This document shows, in pieces, positions 9,343 through 20,375 of a stretch of DNA of 64,000 bases. Source of the stretch: Candidatus Poribacteria bacterium (GTDB lineage: Bacteria > Poribacteria > WGA-4E > WGA-3G); contig OZ242029.1 of NCBI GenBank assembly GCA_965205015.1, positions 512,001 to 576,000 on the forward strand, read 5' to 3'. Position numbers and translations under genes: made by a program. The notes under the pieces were generated by a model, which ran no database searches, was not told the origin of the DNA, and worked only from the letters and a program-made list of their open reading frames with translations. The stretch's first letter is position 1. Every line of letters starts with the position of its first letter.

Positions 9343-12267
9343 GTGAAAAGAGAAGACGATGTTCAACTAATACACGATATTTTATCCGGCGACGACGCGG
9401 CATTCAGCGTCTTAGTCGAAAAATACCAAAAAAGCGTCCACGCCCTTGTGTGGCGGAAGATCGGCGATTTTCATCACGCCGAAGAAATTACGCAGGACAC
9501 CTTCCTGCAAGTCTACAAAAAACTCCCGACACTCAAAGATCCACATAAATTTGCGGGGTGGCTCTACGTCATCGCAAACCGACTTTGCATTGATTGGATG
9601 CGGAAGAATAATCTTATCACACAATCGCTGGAGGACACACCTGTGGAAGAAATTGAGAAATCCTCTTATACGCATCACGTATCGGAGCAGCGACAGACAG
9701 AGACCTCCGAGCGTCGCCGTGATATCGTCAAGAAACTTCTGGCAAGACTTCCGGAGAGTGAACGGACAGTCGTGACGCTCTATTATCTCGGCGAAATGAC
9801 CGTCAAAGAGATTAGTAAGTTCTTGGGTGTCTCTGTCAGTACGATTCATGTCCGTCTACATCGCGCACGAAAGCGTTTACAGGAAAAAGAAGAACACCTC
9901 GTTCAAGAAGTTCTCGGTGGCGTGCAGCTATCGACGAATTTAACCGAAAATATCATGCGCGAAATTCCGCGTATCAAGCCCCTATCGCCTACCGGAGGAA
10001 AACTACCCATCGTCCCGTGGGCAATCGCCGCTTCAATCTCCATTCTCATTGTGATGATGCTGGGGATCAGCAATCAATACTTGGCGCGTTTCCAGAGACC
10101 CTATAGTTTCGAGGCACAATCTGAACCGACGATTGAGATCGTCGATGTGCCTATCCTCCTTGATATAGTAGCAAAACCCGCTGTGCGAAGTCAAGCCGGG
10201 CGCGTCACCACTCCCGACAAAAATAGCAGTGCTGGCACACAAGTCTCTAATGGAACCTCAGCATCTGTTACATCGGAGAATACCGCCAAGTTTTCTACCA
10301 CACAATGGACGCAGGGCAACGGACCGCCAGCGGGTCCTGTACACAATATCTTCGCTACATCCGAGGGGACTGTCTATGCTGTTATACGAACAGGAATCTA
10401 TAGATTAGCAGCAGATGCGACCGCATGGACACACGTCAACGCGAGTGTCCCAATTGGTAAAGTGTTCATGCCGATGGCAGCGCATAGAGGGACGCTTTAT
10501 ATTGTTGCTGCCGATGAGATATTTGCTTCAGACAACAGGGGGGAGACGTGGAGGCCGCTCGGTCCCCGACCCGAGGGAGATGCCGTTGAACTCATCATCA
10601 CCGATGCCGAAGAAACGTCCAGTTCACAAGTGCCTTTTACGATATATCTCGCGCTGAGAGATGAAGGGATCTTCCGATCCACAGAGGGTGGCGCGCACTG
10701 GCGTCCTCTGAACGACGGATTGACAGCGGAAAAAATTTCCGCAATGACTGCCGTTGGAAAAACAGTGTTTGCGGGGACAGAGAACGGCCTCTACCGTCTC
10801 GATTCAGGTACGTGGAAAAAACTGCCATTGCATACATCGGGCGCCATCTGTTCCTTGGCAGTCTCTGGGACTGATCTTTATGCTGGAATAGGGCATGAGG
10901 TATTGGTGAGTTTAACGCGAGCGGAATTACGACAGATAGATCACGGAGATTTACATTTTACCGAGATATTTCATTCGACTGACTTAGGCGCGTCGTGGAC
11001 TGAAATAAAGCTTCGAAGTGAACATCTTCGCAAAATTTCACCCGCAGGTATAACGGTTTTGGCAACGGGTAAAACGCTCTTGGCATTGAGTTACGCCCAA
11101 TCTCGTTCAACGGATGGTGGACAAACGTGGACAGGACTTGAAGCTGATCAGAATTTTTTCGGGAGGAGTCGTCTTCCAGCCGTGATGGTCAACGAGAGAA
11201 CGTATTACAAAGCTAATTTCTGGGGCATTCACCGCACGACGGATGGCGGCGCGTCATGGCATCCATTTATGAATGGCGTGATCGGAACGATTGTAATCGA
11301 TCTCGTCGCGTTTAACAATAGATTATACGCGCATACGGGGTATGAAGTTTACCAATCAACAGATAGCGGTGTGTCTTGGAAAAAACTTTGGAATCGTGGG
11401 CAGGAAGTTGTACTCAACATCCCCACTACCCGATTGAGTTTTGAGTCAAAATTGATACCTGTCGGCGACATTCTTTATTCTCTGTCAAGTGTAGGAGATA
11501 ATTTGAGTATTTTCCGTTTATCTACCGATGGTGATATGCTCATTCCAGTTCGAGGTGTCCCCGTTTTCGATCGTAAAAAACTTGACGCAGAAAAATATCA
11601 TAAGTCAAAAGAAAAAGAGGATCTTCATGTAGCTCGTCTCAAAACTGAGACTGCTGCGGCGAGTCGTGATACCTTTTATGTAGAATACCGAGGCGAACTC
11701 TTCAAATGGAAATTGGGGGATTCGGCGTGGACCAGCACTGGATTGGTAGATGGGAGTCATCTACCTTTACCTGTCAACAATTTCAGAAAGGGATTCAAAT
11801 TAGCGGTTCTGGGAGGAACTGTCTACGTCGGTAAACGGGACGGTAAGTTGTTTCAGTCGCTTGATGAAGGGGAGCGTTGGAGAGACATCACACCAAACCT
11901 GCCGTTCCGCTTCACTCGCTTCAACGATATGGTCTTTGTAGGGACAACCCTCTACATCGCAACAGATAATGGCGTTACGGTTTCCAAAACTGCGGGACAG
12001 TGGCTTGTGCCAACCGATACTGCGGGAGAGCGTCCTATCATCAATAACTTTGCTGTAGATGGGAGCAAAGTTTATGGTGTCAGTGACGTGGGTGTCTACC
12101 GTTTGGATACCCATAATCAATGGAAGCAGGTTCCTACAGACGCACCGGGTGGCCTTGTTTCTCTCGCTATTACTAATGATAGACTCTATGGTGCTACCGA
12201 TCAGGTCAAGAGTGCTAAAGAGAACGGGATGTTTTACATCTCGCTTGAAGAGAATGAAGAGAAATAA
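9343..12267 (+). CDS. ECF sigma factor fused to a TM helix and a BNR beta-propeller domain
   Basis: Sigma region 2 (AEEITQDTFL, FAGWLYVIA) and region 4 (LPESER...EIS..LG), TM segment PWAIAASISILIVMMLGI, multiple SxDxGxxW boxes. GTG start after GGAGG. Confidence 0.9.
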   Translation: MKREDDVQLIHDILSGDDAAFSVLVEKYQKSVHALVWRKIGDFHHAEEITQDTFLQVYKKLPTLKDPHKFAGWLYVIANRLCIDWMRKNNLITQSLEDTPVEEIEKSSYTHHVSEQRQTETSERRRDIVKKLLARLPESERTVVTLYYLGEMTVKEISKFLGVSVSTIHVRLHRARKRLQEKEEHLVQEVLGGVQLSTNLTENIMREIPRIKPLSPTGGKLPIVPWAIAASISILIVMMLGISNQYLARFQRPYSFEAQSEPTIEIVDVPILLDIVAKPAVRSQAGRVTTPDKNSSAGTQVSNGTSASVTSENTAKFSTTQWTQGNGPPAGPVHNIFATSEGTVYAVIRTGIYRLAADATAWTHVNASVPIGKVFMPMAAHRGTLYIVAADEIFASDNRGETWRPLGPRPEGDAVELIITDAEETSSSQVPFTIYLALRDEGIFRSTEGGAHWRPLNDGLTAEKISAMTAVGKTVFAGTENGLYRLDSGTWKKLPLHTSGAICSLAVSGTDLYAGIGHEVLVSLTRAELRQIDHGDLHFTEIFHSTDLGASWTEIKLRSEHLRKISPAGITVLATGKTLLALSYAQSRSTDGGQTWTGLEADQNFFGRSRLPAVMVNERTYYKANFWGIHRTTDGGASWHPFMNGVIGTIVIDLVAFNNRLYAHTGYEVYQSTDSGVSWKKLWNRGQEVVLNIPTTRLSFESKLIPVGDILYSLSSVGDNLSIFRLSTDGDMLIPVRGVPVFDRKKLDAEKYHKSKEKEDLHVARLKTETAAASRDTFYVEYRGELFKWKLGDSAWTSTGLVDGSHLPLPVNNFRKGFKLAVLGGTVYVGKRDGKLFQSLDEGERWRDITPNLPFRFTRFNDMVFVGTTLYIATDNGVTVSKTAGQWLVPTDTAGERPIINNFAVDGSKVYGVSDVGVYRLDTHNQWKQVPTDAPGGLVSLAITNDRLYGATDQVKSAKENGMFYISLEENEEK

Positions 12268-12337
12268 GTAACATCTAACGACACCTCATCAACAAACCGA
12301 GTTTAAATGAGGGATAAAATTAAAATCAAGGAGAATT

Positions 12338-13228
12338 ATGAAGATGAGATATCTACAAAATCTACCGCTTTTTGCATGCCTCTTTCTGATCGCACTCATC
12401 CCGTTGCGTGCGAAAGCATTCCCACCCGCTTCCCCCGCCGGGGGCAACTATTTAGTCCTCGATGGGGTGGACGACTCTGCGGTTTTAGATTTTAAAACCT
12501 TCGGTATCCTCTTGCCAAAAGGCACAGACGAGTTCACCGTTGAAGCGTGGGTGTATCCGACCACACCGCCTGACAAGGATACAAGCGCAACGATCCTCAG
12601 CCAACAGGTGCTGATGAATGTCGTGGGTGGCGATCGAGACGGATGGGAGGACATAAAGAAGCAGATCGATTGGCAGAAGGGAGATTTAATCTTAGCAATG
12701 CAAGCGTATATTGATAGGGGACGAGGGAATGCCGGGACACCGTTCCATCCGGTAGCACTTTCCCCGAACCAATGGAATCACATCGCTTATCAGGCGAAAG
12801 GGAGAGAGACAGCAACCATCGTTAACGATTTGGTACACATCTTACCGCAAAGCACAACGCTCGCACATGATCTCGCAGAATTCAAGCACCCAAAGGATTT
12901 TACACTCGGAGGATTTGGAAAGAAAATTGAGATGCGCAATAATTACTTTTGGGGCTCTTTTGCGGGATGTATTGATGAGGTCCGCGTCTCAACGGCTGCG
13001 CGTTACGATGTCGACAAAAAAGGGTTCACGCCGCGCACAAAGTTCAAGAATGACGCAAAAACGATTGCGCTGTGGCATTTTGATGAACCGAGCGGAACCC
13101 AGAAATTTTCAGACGCATCAGGCAACGCACACCATCTGGTCGGTAAAAATGGCGCAAAGACTGGAAACACACTCGCAGTCGACCCCCAAGGAAAACTCAC
13201 GACGACGTGGGGACGACTTAAGCCCTAA
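12338..13228 (+). CDS. Exported LamG-like jellyroll protein with a TTTWG C-terminal motif
   Basis: Signal peptide, LDGVDD, FTVEAWV, WNHIA, IDEVRVS, LWHFDE; ends AVDPQGKLTTTWGRLKP. Confidence 0.85.
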   Translation: MKMRYLQNLPLFACLFLIALIPLRAKAFPPASPAGGNYLVLDGVDDSAVLDFKTFGILLPKGTDEFTVEAWVYPTTPPDKDTSATILSQQVLMNVVGGDRDGWEDIKKQIDWQKGDLILAMQAYIDRGRGNAGTPFHPVALSPNQWNHIAYQAKGRETATIVNDLVHILPQSTTLAHDLAEFKHPKDFTLGGFGKKIEMRNNYFWGSFAGCIDEVRVSTAARYDVDKKGFTPRTKFKNDAKTIALWHFDEPSGTQKFSDASGNAHHLVGKNGAKTGNTLAVDPQGKLTTTWGRLKP

Positions 13229-13465
13229 AAGGAAATATTGCGAATTCACTATAAGATTAATATAGGTGTGGTGAGAGCCACATCTATTCTATATTAGCCT
13301 CACTTTTTTCATGTGCCCCAACCCCGAAGTTGCTATGATCCTTGCAAATTAGCACATTTTCTGTTTCGTGGGCGGCGTTCCAACTTCCCCTTTATTAACT
13401 TTCTGTTTTAGACGATCCCTCCAACCAACGTTTTTGCGTAAGCATCCCACTTTTTCGCGGAATTC

Positions 13466-13496
13466 TGTAAGTTTTTATCCCCAAGTCGCGTCACTA
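13466..13496 (+). promoter_or_regulatory. Putative ECF-type promoter
   Basis: TGTAAG-17 nt-CGTC upstream of the sigma gene at 13537. Confidence 0.55.
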
Positions 13497-13536
13497 TACC
13501 ATACGAAAATAAGACACTATTTTTTTAGAGGTTTTG

Positions 13537-15093
13537 ATGAGAAACGATAACGCTGAACTGATTCAACGTATCCTTGAGGGCGATGATGCTGCTTTTGCGT
13601 GCTTAGTGAAGAAATACCAAAAGCGGGTTCACGCGCTCGCATGGCGGAAAATAGGGGACTTCCATATCGCTGAAGATATTACGCAGGAAACGTTCTTACA
13701 AGTCTATCGGAATTTGGCGAAGCTGAAAGATCGAAGTCAGTTTCCGGGGTGGCTTTATGTGATTGCCAACCGCCGCTGCCTCGCATGGCTCCGCAAAAAA
13801 CAGGTCCAAACGCAACCTTTGGAGGAGATGGATATAGCAATGACAGAGAGGAGTTCCTATTCCAGACATGTCGCTACAGAGCAAGCAGAACGTGCAGCAG
13901 AAACAAAACGCGAATTGGTCAAAAACTTACTGTCGAAGTTGAAAGAGAGCGATCGCACTGTTCTGACGCTCTACTACTTCGGTGAGATGACGTATGCGGA
14001 GATAAGTGAGTTTTTAGGTGTATCCGTCAATACAGTCGCGACGCGTGTCCACCGTGCGCGGGAACGTTTAAAAAAGTACGAACCTATGATTCGAGAGGCA
14101 CTCGGCAGTTTCCAACTGTCTCCCAATTTAACAGAGAACATTATGCGCGAGATTGCGCATATCAAACCCTTACCGCCTACCGGAGGGGAGCCACCCATCG
14201 TCCCGTGGGCAATCGCCACTTCAACTGCTATTCTCGTTGTGATGATGCTCGGCGTCAGCAACCAATACTTCGCGCGTTTCCAGCAACCCTACAGTTTTGA
14301 TGCCAGCTCCGAAATGACAGTAGAAATTATTGATGCATCCATTGTCCTTGATCTCCGATCAAAGCCGGATGTCCGAAACCAGTTTGGAAATACCGACGGC
14401 ACCCATAAAAGGAAGGGTACAGGCATGAGACTTAACGATATACTTGAATCACACTTTAATGCCATTGGCGGCCTCGCGCGGCTCTCAGAAATTCGGAATA
14501 TCCGACGTTCCGGCGACGCACAACTGACGCAGTGGAATGGGCAACCTGTGAACGAATCGGGTCGCGTTGAAATAGCAGCAGTCGTTGGAAAAAAATCGTA
14601 TAACCAACACGACTTCGGTGCACTCTTCAGTGAAACCAGTGTCTGGAATGGTGTAGGAGGTTGGAAATCCGTTATGGGAAGCAGTCCAACACTCCTTCCA
14701 GAAACAGAATATGGGCGTGTCAAAAGCACAACCTATATGGATCCATTGCAGGCAATCTACGAAGAATTTGGTAGTAGTGTACTTCAACAAATTGAAGATG
14801 AACTGTTCCGAGGTAAGGAATGCTCCGTAATTCGAGTTATTGACACGGAAGATGTATTCTATATCGATAAAACTTCTAATCTACTCGTCGGAGCGAAGAC
14901 CATCTATACAGGTCTAAACGTCAAAGATGCTATCGCGGTCCTTCACTACGCCGATTATACGGATTATGAAGGTGTCATGTTGCCCAATTCCTACGAAATC
15001 TTTATTGGAGACGGGGCGTTAACGGTCAATTACACCATTACAAAAACGGAGATTGATACCCTCTTAGACGAGACGATTTTTGAGAAACCGTAA
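13537..15093 (+). CDS. ECF sigma factor fused to a TM helix and a LolA-like domain
   Basis: Sigma regions 2 and 4, conserved TM linker; C-terminal AIGG...YIDKTSNLL...YxDY...GVMLP...FEKP pattern resembling LolA-like proteins. Confidence 0.85.
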   Translation: MRNDNAELIQRILEGDDAAFACLVKKYQKRVHALAWRKIGDFHIAEDITQETFLQVYRNLAKLKDRSQFPGWLYVIANRRCLAWLRKKQVQTQPLEEMDIAMTERSSYSRHVATEQAERAAETKRELVKNLLSKLKESDRTVLTLYYFGEMTYAEISEFLGVSVNTVATRVHRARERLKKYEPMIREALGSFQLSPNLTENIMREIAHIKPLPPTGGEPPIVPWAIATSTAILVVMMLGVSNQYFARFQQPYSFDASSEMTVEIIDASIVLDLRSKPDVRNQFGNTDGTHKRKGTGMRLNDILESHFNAIGGLARLSEIRNIRRSGDAQLTQWNGQPVNESGRVEIAAVVGKKSYNQHDFGALFSETSVWNGVGGWKSVMGSSPTLLPETEYGRVKSTTYMDPLQAIYEEFGSSVLQQIEDELFRGKECSVIRVIDTEDVFYIDKTSNLLVGAKTIYTGLNVKDAIAVLHYADYTDYEGVMLPNSYEIFIGDGALTVNYTITKTEIDTLLDETIFEKP

Positions 15094-15118
15094 TGTGTGG
15101 GTAGGCACAAGACCTAAG

Positions 15119-15140
15119 GAAACACCCAAGTAAAAACCCC
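15119..15140 (-). repeat. Single copy of the G-rich repeat that is expanded at 56936
   Basis: Reverse complement GGGGTTTTTACTTGGGTGTTTC matches 56988-57009 with 1 mismatch. Confidence 0.75.
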
Positions 15141-15173
15141 CTACAGTGATTTTTGGGGAAGGAAAGCTCATTG

Positions 15174-17564
15174 ATGAAATTTTGCTTATATTCCGTCCTA
15201 TTTATTGGGATCATGATGCCGTTTTTTGTTTTCGCCGAGGCGAACACTACTGAAGAAAATACGCCCGAAAACACTCGACAGTCCGTCTCGCTTACCCCCG
15301 GTGATATAGAAGGCACTGTCTACTCCCAAGACACCGACACACCCTTAGCTGCGGCAAAGGTGCGGTGTGTCGAAATCAACGTGTCTACAAAAACCGATGC
15401 ATCCGGGAACTTCCAGTTTACTGGTATTACCCCCGGCATCTATACGTTGTCGATTTTGCATTCAACGTCCGAAACACCGACGATCGCGAAAATAGAGGTA
15501 ACCGCCGATGATACCACACCGGTGAAAATATACCTCAGAACAGCTGTTCAACTCGAAAAAGTTCTCGTTGAAGGACAACGGCTTTCGCCAACAATCAGCC
15601 GTAAAGTGATGCGAGGCAGCGAGTTGATACGGATTCCCAGTGCTGGAAGTGACGCACTCAGGGCGATCACGACACTGCCGGGCATCGGTGTCCCCAATGA
15701 TTTTCTCCGTGCACTCCATATCCGTGGGAGCGCGCCGGGTGATACACGGATCTATCTCGACAGAACCCCACTCAGTTATCCGTTTCACTTCGGCGGATTC
15801 TTCTCAACGACGCATTCGGATAGTATTGAGGACATCTTTGTGTATGCAGCCGGCTACGGTGCCGAATTCGGGTTAGATTCACAATCGGTTATCGACATCC
15901 GGACCCGTGAACGTTTAAATAAAAAACGGGCGGGTGTTTTAGACTTCAATTTTATATCCCCGTACGGGTTCTTTGAAACCAAGATCGGAGAAAAAGGATA
16001 CGCATCCATCGCCGGACGATTCACGACCTATAATATCATACTCGGGCTTTTCTTTGATTGGACGTTTCCGACGTGGTCGGATTATCACCTCAAATTTGCT
16101 TATCAACTCACCGAAAAACATCACCTCACCCTCAACGGCATCGGCGCGACAGATCATTTCGACTTCTCTGACACCGGATCAGAAGAAACATCACGTTCTT
16201 CCGCATATTTCAAGAACGGCTTTCAGGCAGAAGGCATCCACCTCCGTTCACATCTCACGGATAGACTCACATCGCATCTCTCTCTTACACATTCCTATAA
16301 TTTCCTCAATGTCAATTTCGGAGGCGATCCAAATCAAGGCGATGCCTCGCCAAGCGAAAAATTCATCTACGCCGTCCAAGTCAATGTCCCAACGTATACC
16401 CTTCGCGAAGACATCTCCTACCAACTCACACCGAAACTCCAACTTGAGCCAGGATTCCTTTTCGCCTTCAGCCCAGCCGAAAGCACGACATACACTGTTC
16501 TCCCAGAGAACATCAGTTCCGATGACGAGAAACTCGTTTGGAAAGAGAAATTCGACGCATTCCATTACGACTTCCAGCAGGCAGAAGGATACCTACAAGC
16601 ACGCTACGATCCGTTATCCTTTCTGTCTATTGCTCTTGGTGTGCGATTGGATTATCTCAATTTGACGGAAGAACTCTCAATCCAACCGCGCGGCAGTCTT
16701 AGCATCACACTGCCCACAACATCCACGCTCCGATTCGCCTACGGTCGATACGAACAGAGTCCATTTGCGTATCAAGTCCTAAAATCGAATGGAAACAGGG
16801 AACTAAAATCGAGTGTCGCCGAGCATTATGTCATGGAATTAGAACACGCGCTCTCACTACAAACCGAACTCAAATTCGCACTTTACCACAAGAACATGGA
16901 AAAACTCGTCACTCGATCTATTAATGTCGATGCATTGTTTGATGGCATGGATACACCGATTACAACCGCATATCTCAATCAAGGCATAGGCTTTGTAAAC
17001 GGGGCAGAGATCTTCCTACGGCACCGTGTGAGCGAAAAGTTTTTCGGGTGGTTCTCCTACGCATACACCCATGCTGAGCGACGTGAGACACCAGCTGCTC
17101 TCTACAAACCGTTTCTTTTTGACAATACACACATTGTTAGCCTCGTTGCCAACTACAGTCCAACACCAAAAAACGATATTGGTGCAAAATGGCAATATGT
17201 CAGCGGCACCGCTGCAGTTCCACTGAGCACCCTCCTTATGATTCAAGACCCTGTCACGCTCGGTATGCATCCACTTCTCTCCGATGTCGCAGGCGCGATT
17301 GCCCCCGCTGCATTTCAGGCATATCACCGTTTGGATCTCCGTTTGAGCCGTCAAAGAACGCAATGGGGCATTCCTGTAACAGAGTTTATAGAAGCTTGGA
17401 ACGTCTACAACAGCAAAAACGCGATACAGTTCAGTTTCCCGGACCAATTCCCGGACCAATTTGTTGAATTTGAAGGACTCCCCTTAGATGTGGAGGCATC
17501 GGAGTCTAAGAGTCCCGTGCGGTTCCCTTTTAACTTCACTTTCGGTGCTACATACAAATTTTGA
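15174..17564 (+). CDS. TonB-dependent receptor with an N-terminal carboxypeptidase-regulatory-like domain
   Basis: Signal peptide, TDASGNF, plug DALRAITTLPGI / IRGSAP / YPFHFGG, barrel strands, C-terminal Phe. Confidence 0.9.
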   Translation: MKFCLYSVLFIGIMMPFFVFAEANTTEENTPENTRQSVSLTPGDIEGTVYSQDTDTPLAAAKVRCVEINVSTKTDASGNFQFTGITPGIYTLSILHSTSETPTIAKIEVTADDTTPVKIYLRTAVQLEKVLVEGQRLSPTISRKVMRGSELIRIPSAGSDALRAITTLPGIGVPNDFLRALHIRGSAPGDTRIYLDRTPLSYPFHFGGFFSTTHSDSIEDIFVYAAGYGAEFGLDSQSVIDIRTRERLNKKRAGVLDFNFISPYGFFETKIGEKGYASIAGRFTTYNIILGLFFDWTFPTWSDYHLKFAYQLTEKHHLTLNGIGATDHFDFSDTGSEETSRSSAYFKNGFQAEGIHLRSHLTDRLTSHLSLTHSYNFLNVNFGGDPNQGDASPSEKFIYAVQVNVPTYTLREDISYQLTPKLQLEPGFLFAFSPAESTTYTVLPENISSDDEKLVWKEKFDAFHYDFQQAEGYLQARYDPLSFLSIALGVRLDYLNLTEELSIQPRGSLSITLPTTSTLRFAYGRYEQSPFAYQVLKSNGNRELKSSVAEHYVMELEHALSLQTELKFALYHKNMEKLVTRSINVDALFDGMDTPITTAYLNQGIGFVNGAEIFLRHRVSEKFFGWFSYAYTHAERRETPAALYKPFLFDNTHIVSLVANYSPTPKNDIGAKWQYVSGTAAVPLSTLLMIQDPVTLGMHPLLSDVAGAIAPAAFQAYHRLDLRLSRQRTQWGIPVTEFIEAWNVYNSKNAIQFSFPDQFPDQFVEFEGLPLDVEASESKSPVRFPFNFTFGATYKF

Positions 17565-17741
17565 CGTAGTACGTTGCCAAACTCGAAGGTATTATATTTT
17601 AACGCAATAAGTAGTTTTGGACTTGAGAAATCGAGAGGAAAACGCATTGCTCCCTCGTGTTGATAAAAAGTGGTACCACCGTGTCATTCTCAAAGAAAAT
17701 TCGGGTTTCGGGAACGGATGAAAATCGTGTAGTTTGAAGAG

Positions 17742-19811
17742 TTATTCCAACACATCTGGACGATTCCAAATCAATGGTTGTCCGAGAAGGTGATGACAGA
17801 ACCATTTCAGGTTCTGCGACATCACTGCCCGGGCAGCCCTCGGTGCCACATTTGGCACACCGTGTCCCATATCCGGATATAGGAAAAATTCAACAGCGAT
17901 ACCTTGTGTTTCAAGGGCACGATGCAGTTCTTGTGCGTTTGCGAAGGGGACGACGACATCGGTATCGCCATGCTGGATGAGGGTCGGCGTTTTTTTCTTT
18001 ATCTCGGCAGTTACAGGTGATGCTTGCCGATAGATTTCTGAATTCTCTTGAGGTGTGCCACCGAACACCTTTTCTGCAAAACGATAGAATTCGGATGTAG
18101 CGTGATAGTTCATCCAATTGGCGATGCCAGCACCTACGCTTACTGCAGCAAAATCGTCTGAATGTGTAGCCGCAAAGGCAGCCACGAACCCTCCGTAACT
18201 CCAACCCGCACAACCTACACGTTCCTCATCCACATATCCCTGATCAATCAGATGATTAATACCACATTCTACATCCCACAATTCACCCGTTCCAATGTTC
18301 CCACGGTTCAATTCAAGGAAAGCATGTCCCCGTCCATCTGAACCGCGGTAGTTCGGTTTCAGCACTAAAATTCCGTGAGCGAGGAATTGAACCGTTGGAT
18401 AAAACCAACGATCTTCCCAGTCGAGCCGAAGTTCAAGCGATGCGGTCGCTGGACCCCCATGCACTACCACAATCAGTGGATATTTTCGAGTTGGATCAAA
18501 ATCAATAGGCTTAAATAGGACCCCCTCAATTTTTGTGTTGTCTCGGCTTTGCCATTGAATCGTTTTTCTTGTGCCCCACGCCCAGTCTTCACACAAGGCA
18601 CTAAAATCCGTAATCTTCTGACAAGGCACTGAGGAAAATCGGGCAGATAGGTGTTCCACAACGGAGCCAACAACGAGCTCTGGAATGTGGTTCGGTCCTC
18701 CGGCGACGAATGCCAAGACTCCAGTATTGGAGATGTCAAAGCCCTTGAACGGTGGCGTGTAAAGTGGATACAGATCCCCGAAGTCAAGAACATCCAACCC
18801 ACCTGCTGCGTCAAGTCGCGCAAGGCACGGCAAGGTCCCATCAATATAATGGATATAAACCCCCTTGGTGTTCCACACCGCTGTCAGGATCTGCTGCTCA
18901 AAATGCGTTGTCAGGCAACATAAATCTGATACCGATGTACCCGAAGAAAGGGAACATGTCCAGATCGACCATGGTTCATTTGAGAAGAAATTGGAACGTC
19001 CGCCATCCCAATTAAGTAGAAGTGTCTGCCCGTCGGAAGCCACGTCCAGAACAACTGCCCTTGCTGGTAGATCTAACCGCTCCCAAGGCAACTTCGATGC
19101 CCCATTTCCCTCGGATACAACAGTTTGTTCCAATTCGTTGGGGCTCGTGGAAAGCCGCCAGACACACACTTCATCAAAATTCTGCCGAAATTGGCAGTTT
19201 AGATAAAGGGCGTTCTTTGAGGTACAGAGATCCCGTATCTGCAGAGAGGGATCCAGTTCCTCCGTTAACTTCAGCGTATTGGGTGAATCGTCCGACGTTA
19301 TGTCTATTGGTGTTTCTTCGTTAGGCAAACTTGTATAGACAAGCTGCGATGTTCGCAACTCTTGATCCACATGAGTATAAATGTCGTCCCGCTGCTCTTG
19401 TTCAGCACTTGGGGACGTATCGGTCCGATAGATAACTCCGTTACCATAACACCAGAACTGCTGCACACCGGATGGTGAAAATGTGATTTGCGTGCCAGAA
19501 GCATTACCATTACGGAATATCCATACCTGTGGTTTTTCTCCAAAACGCGCCGAGTCTTTTGGGTCGCGACGCAGCACCACAAGCGTGTTATCATCCACCC
19601 AACGTGGACACCAAGTATTCTCGGTTATTTTCCGCGTGTCATTTTCATCAATGTTGTGAACATAGCAGGTTAGGACATACTTGTTTGCCCTCCAGTCAGC
19701 CGTTCGTATCACATAGGCGACACGTTTTCCATTAGGGGTAACCGCAATTTCAGTGACGAACGGGAGAGAGATCATATCGGTAATTGTGGGTATACGCTGT
19801 TGATTTTTCAT
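17742..19811 (-). CDS. S9 family peptidase (dipeptidyl/acylaminoacyl peptidase)
   Basis: HGGP, PNYRGS, GWSYGG nucleophile, HGDTD, GH. Confidence 0.93.
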   Translation of the reverse strand: MKNQQRIPTITDMISLPFVTEIAVTPNGKRVAYVIRTADWRANKYVLTCYVHNIDENDTRKITENTWCPRWVDDNTLVVLRRDPKDSARFGEKPQVWIFRNGNASGTQITFSPSGVQQFWCYGNGVIYRTDTSPSAEQEQRDDIYTHVDQELRTSQLVYTSLPNEETPIDITSDDSPNTLKLTEELDPSLQIRDLCTSKNALYLNCQFRQNFDEVCVWRLSTSPNELEQTVVSEGNGASKLPWERLDLPARAVVLDVASDGQTLLLNWDGGRSNFFSNEPWSIWTCSLSSGTSVSDLCCLTTHFEQQILTAVWNTKGVYIHYIDGTLPCLARLDAAGGLDVLDFGDLYPLYTPPFKGFDISNTGVLAFVAGGPNHIPELVVGSVVEHLSARFSSVPCQKITDFSALCEDWAWGTRKTIQWQSRDNTKIEGVLFKPIDFDPTRKYPLIVVVHGGPATASLELRLDWEDRWFYPTVQFLAHGILVLKPNYRGSDGRGHAFLELNRGNIGTGELWDVECGINHLIDQGYVDEERVGCAGWSYGGFVAAFAATHSDDFAAVSVGAGIANWMNYHATSEFYRFAEKVFGGTPQENSEIYRQASPVTAEIKKKTPTLIQHGDTDVVVPFANAQELHRALETQGIAVEFFLYPDMGHGVPNVAPRAARAVMSQNLKWFCHHLLGQPLIWNRPDVLE

Positions 19812-20375
19812 TGCTACTTTTATGCAACCCCATGAACATTTTTCGTCTTACGACATCCAGATATTTTCATCTTTTATTGCTATTAATCTTTTTCCTAAGA
19901 CTCGAAAGGCAGACCTCTAACCTGATTTAACTGCCCACGCTGGCTGAGGTTCAAAAATGCTTTCATCTGTGACTCCTCAGAATTCTGGTTCTTTAGTCTT
20001 ATCTATTATAACTACAATATTTTTTGGCACTTCAAAAAATATGCCTCTATGAACGTTTTTTTAGAATCCTCTGACGCGTTAAAGTTCTCAAGACATTTGG
20101 ATTCTGAACAGGACGGAGCGCATTGGAGAGTGGGGTCAATTCCGCACTCTTACATCTTGCTTTTCCCCATCTTGTGTGGTATACTGTTGAGGATCCAGCT
20201 TCAATAGGTCTGTGAAAAGGTAATAAAAAAGAAAGGCTGATAAGCATCAAAATCCCAACCGATGGTATCCAGTCCGATTTTTCTCGTCAAAATTAACTTT
20301 AGACAACTTTGAAATCCTAACAACGAAGGGTCTTACTACATCATAGGGTTTACCACTATAAAGGAACTATCATAG

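Noticed and set aside
15973-16665. 230-aa alternative-frame ORF
   Set aside because: Nested in the TonB-dependent receptor; Ser-rich off-frame composition.
17436-17459. 12-bp duplication (FPDQFPDQ) in the receptor, and a 9-bp one near 24933
   Set aside because: In-frame slippage duplications, too short to suggest phase variation.
17660-17690. T-box-like GTGGTACCACCG
   Set aside because: Lies between convergent genes with no specifier stem or terminator.
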